From positions 32,001 to 96,000 of the forward strand of contig CAXXVO010000011.1 of the NCBI GenBank assembly GCA_963422645.2: DNA of 64,000 bases, in the 5' to 3' direction. The DNA comes from Alphaproteobacteria bacterium. GTDB taxonomy: Bacteria; Pseudomonadota; Alphaproteobacteria; UBA828. The position numbers and the translations under genes were made by a program. Of this stretch, positions 32,900 through 44,328 are shown piece after piece. Numbering within the stretch: position 1 is the stretch's first letter; every line of letters starts with the position of its first letter. The notes beneath the pieces are model-generated. The model was given only the letters and a program-made list of their open reading frames with translations, was not told the origin of the DNA and searched no databases.

Positions 32900-33721
32900 T
32901 CAGAAGCTGATCGTCTTGAAGGCCTTGGTCTGCGCGGTCATCGCGACCTCAGTGGGCAGGCGCTCCATGCTGCTCGCACCGTAGAAGCCGTGCACGTGCC
33001 GGGCGTTCTGCAGCACATAAGTCGCGTCCTCGGGCGAGGCGATGGGCCCGCCGTGGCAGAGCACGATGACGTCCTTGCGCACGGCCATGGCCGCGAGTGC
33101 CCACGCGTCGATCAGCGAGACGCACTCCGCCAGCGACTTCGCCGTCTGCGCGCCGATGGTGCCGCTCGTGGTAAGCCCCATGTGGCAGACGATGATGTCG
33201 GCGCCGGCCTCCGCCATGGCGACCGCGTCGTCCTCCGAGAAGACGTAGGGCGTGGTGAGCAGGTCGGCCTCGTGCGCCGCGCGGATCATCTCGACTTCCG
33301 GGCCGAAGCCCATGCCGGTCTCTTCCAGGTTGGCGCGGAAGACGCCGTCGATGAGGCCGACGGTCGGGAAGTTCTGTACGCCCGAGAAGCCCAGCGCCTT
33401 CAGCTCGTCCAGGAACCGGTCAAGCACCATGAAGGGGTCGGTGCCGTTGACGCCCGCCAGCACCGGCGTGTGGTGCACGACAGGGATCACCTCGTGGGCC
33501 ATCTCCTTCACGATCTCGTTGGCGTTGCCGTAGGCGAGCAGGCCCGCAAGCGAGCCCCGCCCGGCCATGCGGTAGCGGCCCGAGTTGTAGATCACGATGA
33601 GGTCGATGCCGCCGGCCTCCTCGCACTTGGCCGAGAGCCCGGTGCCCGCGCCGCCGCCGATGATCGGCTCGCGGCGGGCGACCATGCCCTGAAACTTCTC
33701 CAGCAGCGTTCGGCGGTCCAT
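32900..33721 (-). CDS. PEP-hydrolase-family TIM-barrel protein
   Basis: [50 protein letters not shown]. Confidence 0.9.
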   Translation of the reverse strand: MDRRTLLEKFQGMVARREPIIGGGAGTGLSAKCEEAGGIDLIVIYNSGRYRMAGRGSLAGLLAYGNANEIVKEMAHEVIPVVHHTPVLAGVNGTDPFMVLDRFLDELKALGFSGVQNFPTVGLIDGVFRANLEETGMGFGPEVEMIRAAHEADLLTTPYVFSEDDAVAMAEAGADIIVCHMGLTTSGTIGAQTAKSLAECVSLIDAWALAAMAVRKDVIVLCHGGPIASPEDATYVLQNARHVHGFYGASSMERLPTEVAMTAQTKAFKTISF

Positions 33722-33748
33722 GCCCGGCACCGGCGCTCTCCCAGGGGC

Positions 33749-34948
33749 TCAGGCGGCGATCTCGTTCCAGCTCTCGATGAGAGCCTGGGCGAAATCGGCG
33801 TCGTTGATGTGGAGGGGCAGGCGGATCAGGCGCCTTGCCGGGGTCTGCTCGACCGTCCGCTCCAGCGCCTCGAAGAGGGCGGCGTCGGCGTCCGGGTCGT
33901 GAAAGGGCATCCCCGGCGCGTCGATCAGCGAGACCCCCTGCTCCGGGATCAGGAAGCGCACCGGCCCCTGGCAGGCGTTGAGCTTCGCCCCGATCCATTC
34001 GCCCATGGCGCGGTTCTCCTCCGCCGTCGTGCGCATCAGCGTCACGTTGGGATTGTGGATATGGAATGTGCGGCCTTCGTATTGCGCGGGCACGCTCTCG
34101 CGCGCGCCGAAGTTCACCATGTCGAGCGCCCCGCAGGAGCCCACGTAGGGCAGGCCGGTCCGGGCGAAGGCGCCGAGCCGGTCCCCGCCCGCGCTGAAGA
34201 CGCCGCCCATCAGGTGGTCGCACACCTCCGTCGTGGTGCTGTCGATGCAGCCCATCACCAGGCCGGAGTCGACCAGCTTCTCCATCGACTGCCCGCCGGT
34301 CCCGGTCGCGTGGAAGACCAGGCAGTCGTGGCGCGTCTCCAGCGCCGCGCGGACCATGTCGACGCAGGGCGTGGTCACGCCGAACATGGTGAGGCCGACG
34401 GCGGGCTTGTCCTCGGCCGCCGGCGCCTCGCCCCGCATCATGCCGGCGAGCGCGTGCGCCGCGTTGGAGAGCACCACCCGAGAAATCCGATTGAGCCCGG
34501 CGATGTCCACCACCGAGTACATCATGGTGATGTCGTTGGGCCCGACGTAGGGCGCGACGTTGCCCGAGGCGACGGTCGAAACCAGCACCCTCGGCACCCC
34601 GATGGGGAGCGCCTGCATGCCGATGGAAACGAGCGCGGTGTTGCCGGAGCCGCCGGCCCCGATCACGCCGCCGATGTCGTCGCGCGTCGGCAGGAAGCGC
34701 GCCAGCGCCTCGCCCATGGCGGCGACCGCCTGACCCCGGTCCTCCAGGCCGAGCACCGCGTCGGCGCCCTCCGGATGGTGGGCCGCGACCTCCGCCGCGC
34801 TCACGTCCACGCCGGCGGGCCGGTCGGCACCTCCGGTACCCACGTCCACGACGCACGCCTGCACTCCGTCCGCCGCGAGCAGGTCGCGGATGTAGAGCAG
34901 CTCCGCGCCCTTGGTGTCGAGGGTGCCGACGATATAGGCCCGCGTCAT
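33749..34948 (-). CDS. Tm-1-like ATP-binding domain protein (UPF0261)
   Basis: [48 protein letters not shown]. Confidence 0.9.
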   Translation of the reverse strand: MTRAYIVGTLDTKGAELLYIRDLLAADGVQACVVDVGTGGADRPAGVDVSAAEVAAHHPEGADAVLGLEDRGQAVAAMGEALARFLPTRDDIGGVIGAGGSGNTALVSIGMQALPIGVPRVLVSTVASGNVAPYVGPNDITMMYSVVDIAGLNRISRVVLSNAAHALAGMMRGEAPAAEDKPAVGLTMFGVTTPCVDMVRAALETRHDCLVFHATGTGGQSMEKLVDSGLVMGCIDSTTTEVCDHLMGGVFSAGGDRLGAFARTGLPYVGSCGALDMVNFGARESVPAQYEGRTFHIHNPNVTLMRTTAEENRAMGEWIGAKLNACQGPVRFLIPEQGVSLIDAPGMPFHDPDADAALFEALERTVEQTPARRLIRLPLHINDADFAQALIESWNEIAA

Positions 34949-34979
34949 CGCCCCGCTCCCGCGTCTTCCCTGCGCGCGC

Positions 34980-36317
<1,338 letters not shown>

Positions 36318-36719
36318 GGACCGGGCACCTGGAATCGTGGTTGGCGTGGAAGCGCGCGATCCTAGCCCGGAACTCCCGCCGCGGCCACGGCCCGCGCGCC
36401 ATCCACCGACGCGCGCTGGCGCGCGATGGGGACGGTGCGGGCAGCCAACAAATTTCTTGGCGGGATACGCCGGGATCGAGCGGGACAGGAGGGATGGCCT
36501 GCTTGCGCTCTTACCTGCGCGAAGGGACCAACACGCGGCACGCGATGCCGTGCGGGCGCTGAGGGCCCGCCTATCTCCCCCGTCGCGGCCCATTCGATCT
36601 TGCACCCCATGCCGCGATGCTGGCGCACCTGCCCCGCGCCGTACCCCGCACCATGGTCCGGCTCGCGGGCGCGGTCAGGTGATGTCTCGCGCGCGAGAAG
36701 ACGATCAATCCATGCCGCG

Positions 36720-36850
36720 CTAAACCGCGTCCTCCCGCTCCCGCCAGTGACGGGCGATGTCGATGCCGCGGCAGAGCCAGACCCGGTCCTGGGTCAGCAC
36801 GTGGTCAATGAGTCCCCGCAAGGCAGCGAAACGGCCCGGACGGCCACGAT
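36720..36850 (-). pseudogene. 3' remnant of an allantoinase PuuE / polysaccharide-deacetylase-family gene
   Basis: GRPGRFAALRGLIDHV...DRVWLCRGIDIARHW matches the typical C-terminus; upstream part absent. Confidence 0.75.
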
Positions 36851-36982
36851 CTAGAACCCGTCGGGTCTCATCCAATACATGCCCTTGGCGCTCGTCATCC
36901 AAATAGTACCTCTCCCTGCGGCGGCCGCTAATTCAATCAGCGGCAACGACCGGATACGGAAGGTGCCGTCGAACTCCAACCT

Positions 36983-39541
36983 CAGAACTCCTGACATGGT
37001 GCAATTTCAAATGGCGGAAAGAGCCGGGGGCTGGAAGACGAATCGGAGTTGCGTTCCCGGATAGAGGTGCGATTCGGCGGTGAGATTTTCGCAGAGATGA
37101 GCGAGAGCGCGGTTGAATCGCGGGTTGGCCATGGAGTGGAAGCGGAGGATGAGTATCTGTCGTTCGGGTCGCGGGATCATGTCGGCCGGAAGCTGGTAGA
37201 CCGCCTTGAGGAAAGTGCGGCCCTCCTCGGCATCGCGCATGAACAGCGGTGCGATCATGGGCAGCATCGCACTCTCGGCGCGGTATGCGATCATGCGGAT
37301 CAGGTCGGTGAAGCGCTTGCGTTCGATCTCGAGACGAACGATGTCCGCCTCGTCCATCACGGTCTTGGCCGACACCTTCTTCGGCAAGGCTCTCTTCCCG
37401 GCCCGGATCTCCTTGAGGATACGGTCGAACTCGCCGATCCATTCCCTGATGTCCGGCAGGTCCGGATCGCTCGGCTTCCGGTCGCGCAGTTCGCCGTAGC
37501 GAATGCGAAGCTTGTCGAGCGCCTTCTTCACGATCTTCCGGCTTTTCTCCAGAGCCTTGATCTGAGGATTTGCCATCGGGCGGTCGGGGTCTGCGGCTTC
37601 TGCGGCATAGCTGCACCGATGGTCGAGGGCGTATTCCTGGCGCATGTATTTGAAGTAGTTCTCCTGCCGCCATCGCGCGAACATCCGGGCGGCGACGGCG
37701 CCGGTCGACAGGTCGGTGCGCGTGGTCACGATCGAGGTCTGGTGGCCGTTGTCGCATAGCCTGCGAACTTCGCGCACTGTCAGAGAGTCACCGCCCCCGG
37801 TGCTGAGCGCGAGCGGCTTTTCGGCCAGCTTCCAGGTCATCGGCTTGCCTGCCTTCTGCCGGCCGCTCGGATCGACAACGGTGACGAAGTCCTGCTGTGG
37901 CCAGGGGGCGTAGCGACCCTTGCGATAGGTCATGATGTCGAAGCCGGCGATCGACCAGCGCTGGAAGGCAGCCGGGCTCCAGGCGCCGCGATCGAACACC
38001 ACGGTCGGCCGCGGCCCGGCGCCGACCTCGTCGCGGATTTTCGGGAGAACCGCGTTCTCAAGCATCGACAGCAGGTCGTCATTGGCTTCGGCGGTGACGA
38101 AGAACCAGGGCTGCGCCTGCGCGTCGTTCACCCAGGTATCGGAGGTCGCCGGCATGCACAGCCGACGCTGCGGCGACCAGGTCTTCGGGATCTTGTACTT
38201 GCGGCCATGATAGGGCCGGACATGGCCGTCGACATAGAGATAGCCCAGCGCCTCGGGGCGCGCCCAACGCCGGGCCAGCGCATCGGCGAAGTGGCGCGCC
38301 TTGCCCATGGCGCCGATTTCCGCGAGCTTGCGGCGCAAGGTCTTCACCTCCGGCGCGCGGTCGAGGCCGAGCAGCAGGCCGAGTTCGCCCGGCGCATGGG
38401 CTTTGAGCTGCTCCGGCGTGCGTATCCGCAGCAGCGCCATGAAGGTGAGCAACAACAGCACGCTGCACAGACCGAAGAAGCCCTTCTTGAGATGGCCGTA
38501 GGCTTGCTCGCCGGCCGCGAACAGGCCCTGATCCAGCACCGCCGGCAGCGCCAGCAGCACACCGGCTCCCGGCACCGCTTCCGCCGCCTGCACCTGCATC
38601 GGCGCCTCCGTCAGGCGGCCGGCCATCGCCAGAGTCCGTTCCTCAATCCGCTTGACGGCAACACCGGCGCTGCACTGCGCATCCGCCGCCGAACGCAGCG
38701 ACGGTCCCGGCCCGGTCTCCAGGATGCCCTGTGGGAGCGACAACGATACCGGCGCTTCCGTTCGCTGAGCGCCCGGCGCCGGTGCAGCTGCAACCGAACC
38801 CTGCGCCGGCCCGGCACCCTTGCCTCCTCGCGCCGTCCGCTTGCCCGGCCGCACCAGCTTGCCGGTCTTGATCGCCGCCCTGACGCACCCTTCCGAGACC
38901 CCGACGGCACGCCCTGTTGCCGACACGCTCGCACCTGCGTCGAGCAGCTCCTGTGCCAGGGTGAGCTCGGCCCCGGCCAGCTTGTATCCTTTTCTTGGAC
39001 GCGGCTTCGCGATGAGCGCCTCCAGCCCACCGTCGAGATACTTGTCACGATTGCGCCGGACGGTCTGCCCGCTGACACCCATCGCCCTTGCCAGAGCTTC
39101 GGCTGAGACCAGACGCTGTGCAGTGAGCATCGCCATTGCGTGGCGTTTCCCGAGGGCATCGTCTTCGGCATAGGTGAAGATCGGGCCCGCGCTGTTGAAA
39201 AAGACGACCCTTCCGTCCTCTTCGACCATTGCGAGCGTCTCGGAGATGACGATGGCGTTTTCCGGCCACAGCGGAAACTGAAGCTGCATCGGCTATGTTC
39301 CTGAACCGCGTTGTGCCCCTTTGCCGCGCATTGTAAGCGAGTTCGGCTGCTCACTACGAGGCCCCTTTACAGCGCCCATATCATTGACATTAGTTGGAAT
39401 ACCCTGCTATTCTGACCGCTTCTTTCTGCCGCTCGTCCCGCATCTTTTCGCCTCAACACTTGACATTACGAAGGTCGGCCGGCGGTTCCCAAAACATTCT
39501 CAATGATTCAATCACTTACCAGCGTAATGTCAGGAGTTCTG
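36983..39541 (-). mobile_element. Intact unclassified DDE IS (element B), relative of element A
   Basis: 15-bp TIR CAGAACTCCTGACAT / ATGTCAGGAGTTCTG; 5-bp duplication AACCT at 36978-36982 and 39542-39546. Confidence 0.94.
37007..39289 (-). CDS. Large (760 aa) DDE transposase with N-terminal HTHs
   Basis: Two HTH-like segments, YLYVDGH, VVFDRG, FARWRQENYFK (IS4/IS1634-like R-x3-E), coiled-coil insert; sole long ORF between the TIRs. Confidence 0.88.
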   Translation of the reverse strand: MQLQFPLWPENAIVISETLAMVEEDGRVVFFNSAGPIFTYAEDDALGKRHAMAMLTAQRLVSAEALARAMGVSGQTVRRNRDKYLDGGLEALIAKPRPRKGYKLAGAELTLAQELLDAGASVSATGRAVGVSEGCVRAAIKTGKLVRPGKRTARGGKGAGPAQGSVAAAPAPGAQRTEAPVSLSLPQGILETGPGPSLRSAADAQCSAGVAVKRIEERTLAMAGRLTEAPMQVQAAEAVPGAGVLLALPAVLDQGLFAAGEQAYGHLKKGFFGLCSVLLLLTFMALLRIRTPEQLKAHAPGELGLLLGLDRAPEVKTLRRKLAEIGAMGKARHFADALARRWARPEALGYLYVDGHVRPYHGRKYKIPKTWSPQRRLCMPATSDTWVNDAQAQPWFFVTAEANDDLLSMLENAVLPKIRDEVGAGPRPTVVFDRGAWSPAAFQRWSIAGFDIMTYRKGRYAPWPQQDFVTVVDPSGRQKAGKPMTWKLAEKPLALSTGGGDSLTVREVRRLCDNGHQTSIVTTRTDLSTGAVAARMFARWRQENYFKYMRQEYALDHRCSYAAEAADPDRPMANPQIKALEKSRKIVKKALDKLRIRYGELRDRKPSDPDLPDIREWIGEFDRILKEIRAGKRALPKKVSAKTVMDEADIVRLEIERKRFTDLIRMIAYRAESAMLPMIAPLFMRDAEEGRTFLKAVYQLPADMIPRPERQILILRFHSMANPRFNRALAHLCENLTAESHLYPGTQLRFVFQPPALSAI

Positions 39542-39544
39542 AAC

Positions 39545-40084
39545 CTAGACTCGCGGAGGGATCTCTGGCTTCATCCGCTTGACTAAGTCTTTGTCGATCT
39601 TCGAACAAATGTCTTCGTTCAATAGTATTTTACCAGTCGAACACTGACCCACGCCCAGTCCAAGACGGAATAGTTCAAATCCTGACCGCGTTGGAGCTAC
39701 TACAATTCCGGGCGTCTTGACCCAATCGAATTTTACATGTTCCGCATCTCCCCAAGCCATATTATTCGATATTAGCCCGTCATCCATGAGTCCATGCAAA
39801 GAGTGAGAAATTGTATCCGAGCTGCGTTCCTGTAACTCTTCTGGCCTCGCGTCGTCATAGACACCCATTTCGCGCAGATAGGAGTCAAAGGACAAAAGTA
39901 TTTGAAGTTTCTGGACTTGTCTGTTGTCATTAATATTAGCTCTAGATCCGAAGTGCCCGATCAGAACACAAGAATAAATCAAGTAATGCGACTTAATTTG
40001 CGCAGACGACATATTTTGTATTATCTTTAGCGCCCTGATGCCTCGATCGTCTCTTCCATCTCGTGTCCTCGATGCGGCAAGTAT
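39545..40084 (-). pseudogene. Low-GC hypothetical gene truncated at 5' by the element A copy
   Basis: Frame stays open upstream of ATG 40012 (ILAASRTRDGRDDRGIRALKIIQN-MSSAQ...) up to the TIR at 40085; visibly AT-richer than flanks. Confidence 0.7.
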
Positions 40085-40305
40085 CAGACTTCCTGACCTC
40101 TGCTGATTTTAGGTGACACGAGCCGCGCGGATTCCGAGGCCCCGTCGATGTCGTAGACTATGCGCAGACGGGTGCCGGGGAAGACCGTTTCGGTGGCGTT
40201 CAGGTCGCTCAGAACCGCATCGATCCAACGGTCGCAGGCGTCGTTTGCGAGGCCAAGAATGTGGACCCGCAGGAGGCCATTGCCAGGATCCGGCAGGATG
40301 TCGGC
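40085..40305. mobile_element. Second, 221-bp copy of the element A end
   Basis: Identical by eye to 13228-13448; cut by the TGT element at 40306. Confidence 0.95.
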
Positions 40306-40755
40306 TGTGGGCGGACGAAAGTCGTTGTGAATCGGGTTAAGGGGTGGAATCAGGCGGAAGGGTACGGAAGATGGCGGAATCTCAAGGGGATGCGGGGCGT
40401 CGTCAACGGCGGGTGCGTCGCGGCGGGCGGACGAAAGTCTTTGCGAATCCGGTCTGGAAGCGACCGTGAATCGGCTGGAAACGATGATTTTCGGGGCGTT
40501 TCAGGGGTGCTGAAAGGCCTGTAAATCGGGGCGGTTCCGGGGGTGTCGCAAGACCCCTGAAACGCCCCGAAAATTGCCGTTTCCAGCCAATTCACGGCCT
40601 CTGCACGGCCCGATTCGCAAAGACTTCCGTCCGCACGCCAGCCGCCGCACCGCCACCGTGCCGCCGCGCATCCCCTTGAGATTCCGCCACCTTCCGCCCG
40701 ATTCCGCCTGATTCCACCCCTTGACCCGATTCACAACGACTTTCGTCCGTCTACA
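40306..40755. mobile_element. 450-bp non-coding palindromic TGT...ACA element (MITE-like, Tn7-like termini)
   Basis: Arms 40306-40508 and 40553-40755 are imperfect inverted repeats; termini TGTGGGCGGACGAAAGTCGTTGTGAATC and (rc) TGTAGACGGACGAAAGTCGTTGTGAATC; internal site GGACGAAAGTCTTTGCGAAT. Confidence 0.85.
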
Positions 40756-41192
40756 GCCGGCTCGTCGGCATCGGCTCGCTGCTGGTGCGCCACGCCGGCG
40801 GCGGCGGGGCCGACACGCTCGACGGTAACATGATCGTGCCGATCGACTTGTTGCCGCCGATCCTGGACGACATGCAGACGCTGGGCCGCACCCAGCACCC
40901 GCCGCGGCCTTGGCTCGGCGCCTATGTGACCGAAGTCGACGAGGCGCTCGTCGTCGCCGGCCTCGCGCCGGAGGGGCCGGCCGAGCAGGCGGAACTGCAG
41001 GTCGGCGACCAGGTGCTCGCGGTGAACCGACAGCCGGTCAGCAGCCTTGTCGAGCTCTTCCGCAGCGTCTGGGCGGTGGGCGCGGCGGGCGTTGCCGTGC
41101 CCCTCACCGTCATGCGGAACGGCGAGCCCCACGAAGTGCGGGTACTGAGCGCAACCCGCGACGAGTTTATGAAGACCCCGCAGCTGCACTGA
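40756..41192 (+). pseudogene. 3' remnant of an S1C serine protease (end of trypsin domain + PDZ)
   Basis: RLVGIGSL...NMIVPIDLL..IL...RPWLG...GPAEQAELQVGDQVLAVN; begins right at the ACA terminus. Confidence 0.85.
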
Positions 41193-42084
41193 CGACGCCG
41201 GGCGTGAGCCAGGCCGCGCCGCGCAGGCCGCTCTCCGGCCCGAAGCGCGCGCGGACCAGCCGGGTGGTGGGCCGGGCCACGCTCGCGTGCTCGCCCCAGG
41301 CGGCAGGCACGAGGCGATAGAGCGCCGCGATCTCCGAAAGGCCGCCGCCCAGCACAATCACGTCGGGGTCGAGCAGGTTGATGACGCCGGCGAGCGCTTG
41401 GGCCAGGCGCTCGGCATAGCGGGTCACGGCGTCCGCCGCCCGAGCCTCCCCTGCCGCCGCCCGCGCGCCGATCTCTGCGGCCGTGGCCTGGCCGCCGCCA
41501 AGCGCAGCGTAATCGCGCGCGAGCGCCGCCCCGTTGAGCCAGGTTTCGACGCAACCTTGGGCGAAGCGTCCGCAGGCGCAAGGCACGCCGGCTCCCTCAG
41601 GCGTGGGCCACGGGTTGTGCCCCCACTCGCCGGCGGTGGCGTTGGCGCCCACCAGGGCCTCGCCCCGCACCACCAGCCCACCGCCCACGCCAGTGCCGAG
41701 GATCACACCGAACACCACCTCCGCCCCTGCGGCGGCGCCGTCGGTGGCTTCGGAGAGGGCGAAGCAGTTGGCGTCGTTGGCGAGCGAGACCGGGCAACCC
41801 AGCCGCACCTCCAGGGCCCGGCGCAAGGGCTGCCCTTCGAGCCAGGGCAGGTTGACGATCATGCTGATCTCGCCGTCCCGGGTGATGATGCCGGGGAGGC
41901 TCACGCCCACGCTGGGCGCGTGCACGCCTGCGCCCGCGAGCTCAACCACCATATCGGTGACCGCGTCGACCATACCGTCGAAGCTCCTCGGCACCGGCCG
42001 GCGGAAGCGCGCGCGCTCCTGCCCGTCGTCGTCGAGGCCGATGGCGGCGAGCTTGGTGCCGCCGATATCGAAGCCGATGTGCAT
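41167..42084 (-). CDS. ROK-family sugar kinase (probable GlcNAc/fructose kinase)
   Basis: DIGGTK, NDANCFALSEA, LGTGVGGG, AGEWGH, CACG..GCVE; downstream of nagA. Confidence 0.92.
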   Translation of the reverse strand: MHIGFDIGGTKLAAIGLDDDGQERARFRRPVPRSFDGMVDAVTDMVVELAGAGVHAPSVGVSLPGIITRDGEISMIVNLPWLEGQPLRRALEVRLGCPVSLANDANCFALSEATDGAAAGAEVVFGVILGTGVGGGLVVRGEALVGANATAGEWGHNPWPTPEGAGVPCACGRFAQGCVETWLNGAALARDYAALGGGQATAAEIGARAAAGEARAADAVTRYAERLAQALAGVINLLDPDVIVLGGGLSEIAALYRLVPAAWGEHASVARPTTRLVRARFGPESGLRGAAWLTPGVVSAAAGSS

Positions 42085-42090
42085 CGTCCC

Positions 42091-43242
42091 CTACTGTACC
42101 CCCAATGTGTCGCTGCGCTCCCCGCCGATCCAGGTGGCGCAGACGTGGAGGTCATCGTCGAGCCAGACCAGATCGGCGTGGAGCCCCGGCGCAAGCCGGC
42201 CCCGGCTCTGGGCAAGCCCGAGAAAATCCGCCGGATAGGCGGCGGCCATGGCCAGGGCCTCTTCGAGCGGGATGCCGGCGTGGGCGACGCAGTTCCTCAC
42301 AGCCTGCCCCATATCCAGAAGCGAGCCGGCGAGCCGGCCGTCGGCCGTGCGCAGGCAGCCCTCCACCGCACGCACGCACTCACCGCCCAGGCTGAATTCG
42401 TCGAGGGCAGGTGCACCGACGGGCGCCATCGCGTCGGTGACCAGAAACAACTTGCCGCGGGGTTTCGCTCGCCATGCGAGACGGACCACGTCCCAATGCA
42501 CGTGGACGCCATCGACGATGATGCTGCAGGCGAGGTGGTCGCGTGTGAGCGCCTCACCGGCAGAGCCCAGCTCGCGGTGGCCGAGGGGGCTCATGGCATT
42601 GAACAGGTGGGTCACGCCGCTCAGCTTCGGTGCCGCCATATGGAAGGCATGGGCGTCGGCCTCGGTGTGGCCGGCGGCGACGATGACGCCGCGCTCCGCA
42701 AGCGTGGTGATGTGGTCGAGCTCCACGCACTCCGGCGCAAGCGTGACGAGGGTCCGCCCCGCGCCGAGCGAGGCGAGCAGGTCGATGTCGTCGTCGCCCA
42801 GCGGTGCGATTGCGCGTGGGTCGTGGGCCCCGCGCCGCGCCAGGTTGATGTGGGGACCTTCGAAGTGAATGCCCAGAACCCCCGGCACGGCCCGATCGAG
42901 CGCCCCCCGCACCGCTTCAACCGCCCGGACCATGTCGTCGCGCGGGCCGGAAATGAAGGTCGGCAGGAAAGCGGTGGTGCCTGAGGCGCGATGGGACCGG
43001 CCGATCGTGGCAATGGTCGCTGCTGTCGGTGCGTCGTTGAACATCACGCCGCCGCCGCCATTGACCTGGAGGTCGATGAACCCGGCGGCGAGCGTGCCCC
43101 CCGCGAGCCGCGTGATGCGCGCTTCAGCGGGGATCGCGTCCTCCGCCACGATGTCGCGGATGGTGCCGCGCTCCAGCAGCAGGGCGCGGCCGGAGACGAA
43201 ACCTTCCGGCGTGTGCAGCCGGGCACCGGTCAGGGCTTCCAT
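42091..43242 (-). CDS. nagA: N-acetylglucosamine-6-phosphate deacetylase
   Basis: GFIDLQVNGGGG, GIHFEGP, RRGAH, THLFNAM, DGVHV, LVTDAM, LAGS. Confidence 0.95.
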   Translation of the reverse strand: MEALTGARLHTPEGFVSGRALLLERGTIRDIVAEDAIPAEARITRLAGGTLAAGFIDLQVNGGGGVMFNDAPTAATIATIGRSHRASGTTAFLPTFISGPRDDMVRAVEAVRGALDRAVPGVLGIHFEGPHINLARRGAHDPRAIAPLGDDDIDLLASLGAGRTLVTLAPECVELDHITTLAERGVIVAAGHTEADAHAFHMAAPKLSGVTHLFNAMSPLGHRELGSAGEALTRDHLACSIIVDGVHVHWDVVRLAWRAKPRGKLFLVTDAMAPVGAPALDEFSLGGECVRAVEGCLRTADGRLAGSLLDMGQAVRNCVAHAGIPLEEALAMAAAYPADFLGLAQSRGRLAPGLHADLVWLDDDLHVCATWIGGERSDTLGVQ

Positions 43243-43335
43243 CGGCTCTCTAGCAGCCTCTGCCGGGAAACGGGTTCGCCGGCGCGAGGCGGAATGTTAG
43301 TGTCGGTGCGAAGATCACGGAACCGGGTGTAAGCC

Positions 43336-44328
43336 ATGCTGCGCGCTGCCTCAATCGGGATGGGCTGGTGGTCCGACGAGCTTGCGGACGCCGCACAGGG
43401 AAAATCCGATGCAATCCGCATTGTGACCTGCTTCTCCCGGTCGGAACAAAAGCGCGCAGCCTTTGCCGAAAAATACGGCACCGCCCAGCACGAGTCCTAC
43501 GAGGCGGTGCTCGCCGATGACTCGATCGACGCGGTCATCCTGACCACGCCGCATTCGATCCATGCCGAGCAGGTGATTGCGGCGGCGGCGGCCGGCAAGC
43601 ACGTCTTCTGCGAGAAGCCCTTCACGCTGACCCGTGCAAGCGCGCAGGAGGCCGTGGATGCCTGTGCCGAAGCCGGCGTGGTGCTCGCGGTCGGGCAGAA
43701 CCGGCGCTGGCACAGCGCCACCCGCACGCTGAAGGCGATGCTGAGCGCGGGCGACTTCGGCACGGTCCTCCATGCCGAGGCGAACTTCTCAGTGCCGAGC
43801 GCGCTCAGCTACAAGACGGGACAATGGCGCGTCAACCGGATCGAAAGCCCGGCCGGCTCGATCACCGGGCTCGGCATCCACATGATCGATGCCCTCGTCT
43901 ATCTGCTGGGGCCCATCGCGCGAGTGGCGGCGCAGGCCCACCGGCGCGCGGTGCCAGTCGATATCGACGACACGACCTCGGTGCTTTTCCTCTTCGAGTC
44001 AGGAGTCTCGGGCTACCTCGGCACCATGTTCGCCTGCCCCCACGCCTCGTACATCAACGTCTACGGCACCGGCGGCAACGCCTTTGCGCAGATCGACAAC
44101 AGCCAGCTCATTCTCCAATCGGCGGACGGGGTCAGGCGCGACGAGCCGATCGAGCCGCTGGATACGCTCAGGCTGGAGCTCGACGAGTTCGCTGCAGCCT
44201 GTGCCGGCGAGGCGCAATTCACGGTTCCGCCAGAGGACGCCGTACACGGCATTGCCGTGATGGAGGCCCTGGTCGAGGCCGCGGCCACCGGCCAGTGGGT
44301 GGAGGTCGCCGGCGGGGGCGGGGCGTGA
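43336..44328 (+). CDS. Gfo/Idh/MocA-family oxidoreductase
   Basis: IGMGWW, TPHSIH, GKHVFCEKP, GIHMID. Confidence 0.92.
   Translation: MLRAASIGMGWWSDELADAAQGKSDAIRIVTCFSRSEQKRAAFAEKYGTAQHESYEAVLADDSIDAVILTTPHSIHAEQVIAAAAAGKHVFCEKPFTLTRASAQEAVDACAEAGVVLAVGQNRRWHSATRTLKAMLSAGDFGTVLHAEANFSVPSALSYKTGQWRVNRIESPAGSITGLGIHMIDALVYLLGPIARVAAQAHRRAVPVDIDDTTSVLFLFESGVSGYLGTMFACPHASYINVYGTGGNAFAQIDNSQLILQSADGVRRDEPIEPLDTLRLELDEFAAACAGEAQFTVPPEDAVHGIAVMEALVEAAATGQWVEVAGGGGA

Noticed and set aside
36850-36977. Possible IS end or attC-like site at the puuE breakpoint (CTAGAACCCGTCGGGTCTCAT)
   Set aside because: No partner repeat, duplication or clear attC symmetry in the window.
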